DNA from: Camelus ferus
Lineage: Eukaryota
Direction of reading: 5' to 3'
Assembly: GCF_009834535.1 (NCBI RefSeq)
Contig: NC_045707.1
Location: 55,492,001 to 55,556,000 of the forward strand
Length of the DNA stretch: 64,000 nt
Part shown: in pieces, positions 55,061 to 64,000 of the stretch
How positions within the stretch are numbered: position 1 is the first letter of the stretch
Layout: every line of letters begins with the position of its first letter
Notes under the pieces: model-generated
Told to the model about the DNA's origin: nothing
The model's input: the letters and a program-made list of their open reading frames with translations, nothing else
Databases searched by the model: none
Made by a program: the position numbers and the translations under genes

Positions 55061-55714
55061 TGTTAATAATGCATGCTTTTTCACTCTGTCCACCCAAGCT
55101 CTACAATCTGGAACCAATCAATCTACCTTACAGACTTATCTTACCCACATTATTCCATAAATCCTAAGTCTCTAGGAAGAGATCCTGTCATCATTTCCCA
55201 TTACTTCTGTCAATGCTTATCAAAATCTACTCATCTTCCAAAACCCCCAAGGTTAAATGCCACCTCCTTTATAAAAGAACATTTCTGATTGGAATAATTT
55301 CTCCATCTTCCATCCTTTTGATCTCTCCATGAGGTTCTTATTTCTGTGTTATTTCCTAGAAGCCAAGTTAAGCAACACAACTGTCCAGTAATCAAATCAC
55401 TGAAGAGGTCTGTAAAATGGGGAACTGTTAACATTCAGATGGTCACATATTTTATATTAAATTAAAAATGTAGTTGCACATTCATGAATATTTTAGTGCA
55501 GGGCCAAGACCTCTTCTTTGAGTGCAGATCTGTTGACTGGAGTTCTGCATAATGCTCTCTCCTAAACCACACTCATAATGCTTTGCCCACTGACCTCAAT
55601 TTTAGTTAATACTGAGCAGCAACTTTAACTTGAATATAAATCTCAAGGTATAATTCCTGAATGTTTATTATTTTCCTGTCTTTTAGTATTTCCTAGAATC
55701 TTGCTGATCAAAGT

Positions 55715-55865
55715 CTAGTTCATGAACCAGAATTCTCATCATTATGCCTTGGAAATTGTTGGAGAGAGAATCTCAGGTTCTATAGCAGAATTAACATAAA
55801 TCTGCACTTTTAACAAAATCTCCAAGTGATTCTTGCAAACATAAAAGTTGGATAAGTAATGGTCT
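55715..55865. mobile_element. MER5A-like MITE
   Basis: aatctgcacttttaacaaaatctccaagtgattc. Confidence 0.7.
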
Positions 55866-55999
55866 AGCACTTACCTAATTCAACCGCAATTATTTTTTTA
55901 ACTGCTTTTATCAAGTCTCTTCAAAATATTGAACTTACTTTTCATAGACACACAACTTTCTCTCTTGATCTCCCTCTCTGCACTCATACTTGATTAGTA

Positions 56000-56544
56000 T
56001 GTGAATACGCAGAAAAGACTTAACATAGAAGGCAGGCCTGAGCCTGTTCTCTTTAGAAAGTCCTGCCTGCAAAGTTGGCCCTTGGCTGGTGTTAGGCAAC
56101 TTGACAGGTAAACAGTTCCCTATGTTGGTATAAAGTTGTCTCTAAATAGTAAAAGCGACTCTCTGTGCCTAAACTGTTTGTGCAAACAAAGTAGTTTATG
56201 GTGAACAACTGAGAGTCTGGAATTTTGCTGTGTGTTAGGCAGAGGGTGCTGACGTGACGAGTCTAAAACCCCTGGACTCCTGGGCTCATGTGGGCTTCCC
56301 AGGCAGATAACACTTTACAAGGGTTGTCACAGCTACTTGCTAGAGGAATTAAGTGTATCCTGTGTGATTCCATTCCTCTTGAAATGTGTGCCAGGTCTCG
56401 TCCTAACTCTGCACCCGTCACCTTTTGTTTGCTGACTCTGCTTTGGAACCTTCCCTGTAATCAATCTTAGCTCTATTCAGAACCACACACAGAATCCTTC
56501 TAGCAAATCACCCAAGTGGCAAGCAATTTTAGGGATCCAAAACA
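56000..56544 (+). mobile_element. MER68-like ERVL solo LTR
   Basis: ttaacatag..gcaggcctgag..cctgcctgcaaagttggcccttggctgg..ctagcaaatcacc. Confidence 0.8.
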
Positions 56545-59128
56545 ATGCAATCCTAAATTAAATTACCATATTACTAAAGCAAATACAGCTGATTTTGGAA
56601 CACACATAACTGATTTTTAGTAAGCATACAACTGAATTAACGGGAGCAAAAGTGCATGGATATTCAAGAGTCACCCAGGGCAATTAGTACATCCCAGACA
56701 TAAATCAGCATATTTTCAGAGATGAGGTGCTGGTGGTTAATTCGCCAAGGAAATAAAGCTCTCCTTAAGGCAAGATCTAAGCTTAACAGATCTATTTTTC
56801 CCCCAAAAGAACACTGTGTCCTACACATAATAAGCTATCAGGGAATATTTGTAAAAAGAATTTTTTAACCATTTAAACATTCAACTGAATTATATTTTAA
56901 GTAAACTAAAAGAGTCATTAGGATATTTTTAAAGAAAGGAAACATAAATGACATGCACAGTAAATCTGTATTTGGCCTATAAATATTTTTAACAAAAGAA
57001 AAACATACTATGTTTCCAGTTTTTTATTATCAACTTAACAGGAAAAGATATCAGTAGCTTCTTCTCAACATGCAGCAAAGTATTTATTATGTTTTATTTT
57101 AGTAAATTTGGCTGCCTAACTATTTCAGGTTTTATGTTTTTTATTCTGGATCATTGAAGCCCTCTAAGGCAGAGAAAATCACAGGGGTATTCCTGCTCCA
57201 GAACAAATCTGACATTCCCCAAAGCCATCATTCTTCTTAACTTGTCAACAGATTCAGTTCAATTTGCCGTATTGCTATAAAAATTGAACTCTGAAAACTA
57301 AAGACCCCAGGAAGCTCTGATCCTTCTCTGCTAGTTTGAAGGGCTTTGCCATTTAGACAAGTAAATGACTTCATTTAGAAACTATTATGAAAATCAAGAA
57401 CAATTGTTAAAATGTTGATTTATTATAATCTAGGTAAATTGCTTCACTTTGCTGCTAACCTGACTTCCCACAGCCTTTGGTCACCCAGAGAGGGTTGAAT
57501 TTAAAAACATTAACTTGGAATCGTCTCTGATGTACATGTGCTAAAAATCATTTTATTATTTTTTCCCCTGATTTAGAACCCTTTGAATACCTAGACATCT
57601 GGTACCAAACAAGTCTATGTGATCATAATTTATCTGAATCCTCAAAATTACTGGTCAACTCCAGCATGTATTGGGATGACATTTGTAACCCTGTGGAATG
57701 GAGTACTGCTAGGTACAATTTTCCAACTATTCTGATGCATAATCTTTTGTACTCATTGTATATAAAGAACCGCAAAACAGTATCATGCTAAAGGCTTTTA
57801 TAATTAATTTTCCTCGTCAATAAATGTTCTAAACTACAGACTCCATTTTTAAACTGACTTAAGCCATTATCTTCCTGTAAGATTTTCTCCTTGCCCTTAA
57901 CTGTAGATTTCACAAAAATGTTAGCATGCTGAAGCAATTTGAGATTTATTTTTTAAAGGCAAGAAAAATGTTTTCTGTTATCTTAAGGGATAAAGAAAAT
58001 GGATCTTATATTGAAAATTTTACAATTGCTCATTCGTATGCTAATAAGTTTAGAAAAATTTTTAAATTCCCTAATACCTGCATTTTAAATTTACCCGAGC
58101 ACCATGCTGATATATATATTTTTATTCAGATGTGTAATCTAACATGCCAGTTCAGAGCCCAGTTGAGTACTTGATGCATAAAGGAACTAAATAAGTATCT
58201 TTTGAGTAAAGGGAAAAAATGAGGGCATTAACAAATAAAGGGTTGAATATGTGATTTAGTGAGAGATTTTTAGAGAAATAGATGCTGACCTCTCTGAAAC
58301 CATAAAATTTACCAGGAGAAAAAGAAGAGGCATCTACAAACGGCACTTTTATGCCTCTAACATAACAGATATTGGGGATGTTGGAGAAAAAAAATCATGT
58401 TATTATAGTAATTCTTTGTGATGCATGACTTAGCCCTCACTTCTTAGTATCTAAGTCAAGGAAGAGGCTGCCATACTAACACAGGTGTTTCTAATCATAG
58501 GTTTATTTACCAACCTCTACCAATAAAACTAAATATTTGTAGGACAAGTAAGTGTATGCCAGAATTCCCAATTTTTTTAAATGCATTTTTGTAAATCCCT
58601 AGAAGGGTCTTAGTTAATCACTAGACTCACTTTTAAGATAGAAAAATTGGAGATGTGGTAATTATACGATTCATAAAAAGGTTTAAGTCAAGGAAGTAGA
58701 CGATCATGCAATAAAATGATTTTACGCAGTAAAACCATACAATGTGATGCAGTATCTATTTCCATAGCCATCAATGCTAGAGTGAAATAACAGGTATAAA
58801 GTAGTTTTATAAATCTTGATTTTGGAATTCAAAAACATTTGGATTTTAATTCTACTGAAAAATTCAAAAGACGACCATCAATGTTAAACCACGCATAAGT
58901 TCTTTTGTCAAAGATAAAGCAAAATGTCAGTAGACTGCCTTTGAAAAATACAGTAGAACCCAAGGCCTGAAAATATGCAGATAATGAGTTGTGTTTCACT
59001 CTAATTTTCAGAGCCTGAGATCTGCACATAATACATTAGCTTCAATTTATTTCTATTCTTCGACTTCCTCAAGTATCCAGTAGCTAATCCTGATGTTTTC
59101 TCCCAAAATTAGCTTTTTGGAAGAAAGC

Positions 59129-59258
59129 ATGTCCTTATATACCTTGTACAGGGGCTATTTCCACTATAATTATGGAATGTCTTTATATACCATATATAGA
59201 GGCTATTTCCTTATAATGTCCTTATACAGCTTGTGTAGGAGCTATTTCCACTATAATT
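59129..59258. repeat. Three-copy degenerate 39-48 bp minisatellite
   Basis: atgtcyttata..gctatttcc(ac)tataa units start at 59129, 59177, 59216. Confidence 0.85.
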
Positions 59259-59520
59259 GTTTCCTAGTGGAAGAGAACGATGTAATTCAGTCTGTGCCTT
59301 GCGATGATCCTTTGTCACTTGTCTTCCATTTTAGTATAAACCATGTTTTAAAATGTCCACTTTGGTGTCTGAACAGAAAATATGAAGCATATATATACAT
59401 ATATGAACTGAATATATGAAAAAAGATTGCAAATCATTTTGATAAAGGGAAGGATCATTCCTCAAACAATGCTGGACAAACAGAATTTGAAACATAAATA
59501 TATATTTTTTAAATCTTTAC

Positions 59521-60226
59521 TTTTTTAATCTGCATTTTTTTTTAAACTGAAGTGTAGTTGGTTTACAATGTGTCAATTTCTAGTATACAGCATAATGCTT
59601 CAGTTATACATATACATACATATATTCATTTTTATTATCTTTGCTAACCATAAGTTACTACAAGATATTGAATATAGTTCCCTGTGCTATACAGTATAAA
59701 CTCGTTATCTATTTTATATACAGTAGTTAGTATCTGCAAATCTCAAACTCCCAATTTATCCCTTCTCACCCCCTTTCCCCACTGGTAACTATGTTACCAG
59801 TGTTTTGTTTGTTTTCTATGTCTGTGAGTCTGATATTCTTTTGTAGGTAAGTTCATTTGTTTTTGGTTTTTTTCCAGATTCCACATATGAATGGTATCAT
59901 ATGGTATTTTTCATTCTTTTTCTGACTTATTTCACTTAGAATGAAAATCTTCAGGACCATCCATTTTGCTGCAAATGACATTATTTTATTCTTTCTTATG
60001 GCTGAGTAGTATTCCATTGTATAAATATGATACAGCCTCCTTATCAAGTCATCTTTCAATGGACATTTTGGTGGTTTCCATGTCTTGGCTGTTGTAAGTA
60101 GCGCTGCTATGAACACTGGGGTGCGTGCATCTGTTCAAATTAAAGTCCTCTCTGGATATATGCCCAGGAGTGGGATTGCTGGATCATATGGTAAGTCTAT
60201 TTTTAATTTCCAGAAATGTATAAACA

Positions 60227-60271
<45 letters not shown>

Positions 60272-60558
60272 GCCAATCTAAAAATCAGCAGAAGACCTAA
60301 ATAAGCAATTCTCCAGTGAGGACATACAAATGGCCAATAGGCATATGAATAAATGTTCAATATTGCTAATCATCAGAGAAATGCAAATCAAAACTACAAT
60401 GAGGTTATCACCTCACACCAGTCAGAATGGACATCATTCAAAAGTCCACAAACAATAAATGCTGGAGAGGGTGTGGAGAAAAGGGAACCCTCCTGCACTG
60501 TTGGTGGGAATGTAGTTTGGTGCAGCCACTACAGAAAACAGTATGGAGATTCCTCAAA
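59521..60558 (-). mobile_element. 5'-inverted (twin-primed) L1
   Basis: Minus-strand 3'UTR plus ORF2 end (MFIAALLTTAKTWKPPKCP) to ~60210, then plus-strand ORF2 upstream piece ending ggagattcctcaaaa. Confidence 0.9.
60228..60271 (+). repeat. (TAA)n microsatellite, ~14 units
   Basis: Uninterrupted taataataa run. Confidence 0.95.
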
Positions 60559-60609
60559 ATTCCTTTACATGATATATGGCAAAAAAAATTTGTATGTAGT
60601 ATGTGAATG

Positions 60610-60950
60610 GCTTGGCTGTGATGTCAGCAATATTGGATTGTTGGCAAGGCAGGAAGCCTAGGACAATTGTGCAGGCCTCACACCCTGGAACCATCAGGGC
60701 TGTCTCCTTGATTCTCATCTGTGCATTTCTTTGCATGTTGCCTTAATTCTCTCTTATGCTAAGATAGATCTGCTAGTCAGGGTCATGGCATCAACCTCTG
60801 GGCTCAAATTTTCACACCTCAGTGACAGAACTGGAAAAGCTCTTCCTCCATCAAAAGTTGGAAATCTCCCAGGGCAGGGGTTTGACCGGCTGGACCTGGG
60901 TTAGTGGATATTTATCAAATCACTGCTGTGACAGGAAGCAAGTGTCACAG
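60610..60950 (-). mobile_element. Old MaLR-like LTR fragment (MLT1K/L-like)
   Basis: aaatctcccagggcaggggtttgaccggctggacctgggt..aatcactgctgtgac. Confidence 0.45.
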
Positions 60951-62338
60951 ACAATATGTCACTTCCCATTTGGACTGCAAGTTAAAACTAAGACGAAGTT
61001 ACTTTGCTCAACAGAGGGGGAGACTGCAACATAAATGTCCAGGATTATTTACCTTAATTATTAGCCATAAAAATGTAAAATGAAATCCCTACAAACAAAA
61101 CTAAAATATAGGGCTTAAATATAAATGCTCACACAATATGTGAACATTAGTTATTTTATTTGTCTCCTTTTCTAACTGCAAAATAGGATTCATAATTTTC
61201 CCTGAAAAGATTGTTCTGAAATTAAAATACAAAATATCTTTAAGGTAGCATGGGCTTAATTTGACATGAGAATCATGACTCAATTTGCTGCTATTATTCA
61301 AACTTTAAATGGTCAAATCTGTATTCACTTTGAAAGAATTCTGCTAATGTTGCTTAAATATTAGTTATAAAACAATATATTTCTGGGTTATTATTTTTGT
61401 TAATAATGCCACTAATTATTTTGATATTCTGGATTATATTAGCATATGCATCTGTAGAATATCAGCATAAATGAATACATGTATGGTATACAGATAACTC
61501 AAAACAACAGCTCAATAAAAAGAAAACTGTTATCTTTTACTACTGATACTCATTTCTTGCACCCAGGTCTACATTTGGAGTGGCACTTTTAGAAGTAATC
61601 GACTTTTGTAGTTTCTCTCCAGAGACTATCACCTAGGAGAAGCAATTGTACTTGAAAGAATTACTCCGTGGCAATATTGTGATTTTCCACATTAGCTGGG
61701 TGGAGTGAAGGTGAAGAACTTTGCCTTCCAGCCAATGAAACAAGCAAACCTTTCCACAGTTCAATATTACTGAAAAGGTCTCTGTGCATCTCAATTACCT
61801 GAGTACAAAGTTGTGATGTGTTTCAACATCTACAAAACCTAAGTCTGTATTTTCAAATTTTTTCTCTCTGTTTAACACTGCATTTCTTCAGTCTGCCTAA
61901 CTTTCACCTATAGGATAACTCTTTCCCGAAGTTTAATTTGTTTTTTTTTTTTTTTGTATGTACATAATGACCAACCGTGTACCAATTACTTAACTGTTGT
62001 CTCAAGTCACACAAGCCCAAGAATTGACAGAATAATTCATTACCAGTAATAAGCCCCCTTCATTGTTTGCTACATTCACATGCCTAGGTGTAGCCCTCTC
62101 GTCTCCTCAAGCTTACTCTCCATGTAGAATTATGGCAAGTGCCCAAGAGGTAGCTGAGGCCATCTCACAAATTTAGGGGCTTTCTACTCATAATTTCTCT
62201 GGCTACACTGTAAATCCTACAGGTAGCACTGTTCTCACCAGCTATTATTAACCTGTTCTGCACACCACTATTTCCTTTGTATGCCTTAAAGTCCAGTGAT
62301 CATCAAAGCCAGCTCTACTGCTGGTTCGTACTACCAAC

Positions 62339-62854
62339 TGTAATAGGGAGGAACAAACGTGACACCATATTAGATCTGTTCCTTTAGCTCTAACCCTGTG
62401 CTCTGTTTCCTGTGCTTAGCCATGCTGGTTCTACACCTTTTGTAAAAGAATGTTGCCTATGGCCTGAAACACACAGGATAGCCCATTCTCAAGGCTCTGA
62501 CCTTTAAGGATATAACACTTTTCCATTCATATAGAGATAAAAAGTTGCAGAACAGAGAATAATATTTGTTTTGTTGGAGGTTTACAGGAACATCATGACC
62601 TGACCTACGTGGACACCTGCAAGAACAAAGGATTCTACACCAAGAAATTTACAACAACCAACCATACCCTCTCCCCTTTTTAGTATAAAAGGAACCTGAA
62701 TTCTGACTTGGGTAACATGGTTCTCTAGGATATTAGCTCCCCATCTTCTCGGTCTGCTGGCTTTCCAAATAAGGTCATTATGTCTTGCCCCAATGCCTCG
62801 TCTCCCAATATGGCTTGTCTTGTGGAAAGCAGAATGAGTTTGGACTTGGTAACA
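62339..62854 (+). mobile_element. Well-preserved ERV1 solo LTR
   Basis: TGTAA..AACA termini, 4-bp TSD caac/caat, TATAAAA at ~62684. Confidence 0.88.
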
Positions 62855-63009
62855 CAATTACCCTGAGATACAGCTACTGCTTCCCATAGGCATTATCAGA
62901 CCTATCAGGCACTATCTGTTCTAGGTATTGTGACTGACTGAAAAAAAAAGAGAATGTCCATTTGTGCTACCCTCTGAGGCAAGTTCTAAAGCAATGCTTA
63001 ATAATAGGT

Positions 63010-63190
63010 ATCACTAACTTAACACTCACAATGTGGTAGGCACTATGCTAAATCATCTCATCCAATGCTCATTACTTAAAAATTAAAATCTGAAGCTAAA
63101 ATCATTCAGTAAAGTGTTGAAGTTCACTCAGTAGTTCAGCAATGCTGATTTCTACATCTATATTTGACTCCAAAACTCGGATTCTGAACC
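63010..63190 (-). mobile_element. MIR fragment
   Basis: cactcacaatgtggtaggcactatgctaa..gactccaaaac. Confidence 0.55.
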
Positions 63191-63547
63191 ATGTTTCTAA
63201 ACATATACAAAGGTTTCATGGAAATTTTCTTCCGGTGTTTACTTAAAGCCTTTCTTTACCGCTAGGATCTAGTGGTAAGACTATGAGCTGCTGAGCTGCT
63301 AAAAATCCAAATGAAAAGAACTATGTTCTATGCAAAATCATTCTACCCCAACAACCCTGACATTGCATTACAGAGCCAAGCCTGTTGTATCTGACTTTCT
63401 CTTTGGAACAAATTTCTTCCCAAGAAATGCTTAAACATTTTATGTAAATAGGTATCAGTTCTGTACCTGCCTGGAAATATCTTAGCCCAGAAATGGATAA
63501 AGCTTGGGCTAAAACTGGTATCCATGTACTCTGTGTCATGTGACCTA

Positions 63548-63670
63548 GAGCAGAAATTTTCTTTATGGTCTAAGGACTCCTGACACCCTTAAAAATGACC
63601 AAAGACCTCAAAGAACTTGGACTTGTGAGTTACGTCCATCTATGTTTACCACGTTAGACATTTTTAGTGC
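63548..63670. mobile_element. Charlie1-like hAT terminal fragment
   Basis: tggtctaaggactcctgacacccttaaaaat..cctcaaagaactt. Confidence 0.55.
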
Positions 63671-63674
63671 GTAG

Positions 63675-64000
63675 TACATGAAATACAGCCAAAAACTATT
63701 TGCAGTTCCTTCAAACAAGAGGTAGAGTCTATTTCCCAACTTTGAATTTTTGCTAGCTTTGTGATTTGCTTTGACCACAATAATGCAGCAGAAGTGACAT
63801 TCTATGACTTCCAAGAGTAGGTCTTAAAACACTCTGTAGCTTCGGCTTTTGATGTTTTGGAATTCTAAAACCACCATACCATGAAGAAACCATATCTAGT
63901 TTATTGAATTAGAGGTCTTGTGGAGGAAAACTGAGATGCCCCAGCTTACAGGTAGCACCAACAGACTTACGAATTAGGACATCCTGCGCCTTGTAGTCCA
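63675..64000 (+). mobile_element. MLT1 (F/G/H-like) LTR, runs off the window
   Basis: aagaggtagagtctatttccc..gtgatttgctttgacca..gcagaagtgacattctatgacttc. Confidence 0.8.

Noticed and set aside
58829..59029. Hemopexin-like VFFKG motif in a minus-strand ORF
   Set aside because: Five-residue match only; the rest of the repeat pattern is absent
59129..59258. Repeat-spacer (CRISPR-like) appearance
   Set aside because: Only three degenerate tandem units with homologous, not unique, intervening sequence; mammalian context; no cas genes
1..64000. tRNA/snRNA/rRNA genes, processed pseudogenes, intact ERV genes, CpG island
   Set aside because: None recognised by eye; Pol III box-like motifs belong to MIRs. 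A covariance-model search (Infernal, tRNAscan-SE) would be needed to exclude diverged copies

Overview
AT-rich, CpG-depleted eutherian mammal DNA that is intronic or intergenic and dominated by decayed transposable elements. The young L1 3' tails (28.1 kb, 59.5 kb) resemble camelid/cetartiodactyl L1 from memory, and I see no Alu, B1, Bov-tA or PRE SINEs, so a camelid is my best but unverified guess. The window holds a ~7.6 kb dead L1 with an unusual double 5'UTR/ORF1 head nested in an older L1, a twin-primed 5'-inverted L1, many L2/MIR relics, solo LTRs (MER34-like, MER68-like, ERV1, MaLR, Gypsy-like) and DNA transposon relics (MER8/Tigger2, MER5, MER45, MER113, Charlie). I recognise no host protein-coding gene, RNA gene or CRISPR array, and the listed ORFs are L1 fragments or chance. 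There are clusters of small AG..GT-bounded candidate exons on the minus strand that may be an unannotated or decayed gene, but I cannot identify the protein and they may be chance. I found no well-supported novel biological system. Family names come from recalled consensus similarity, not a database search.
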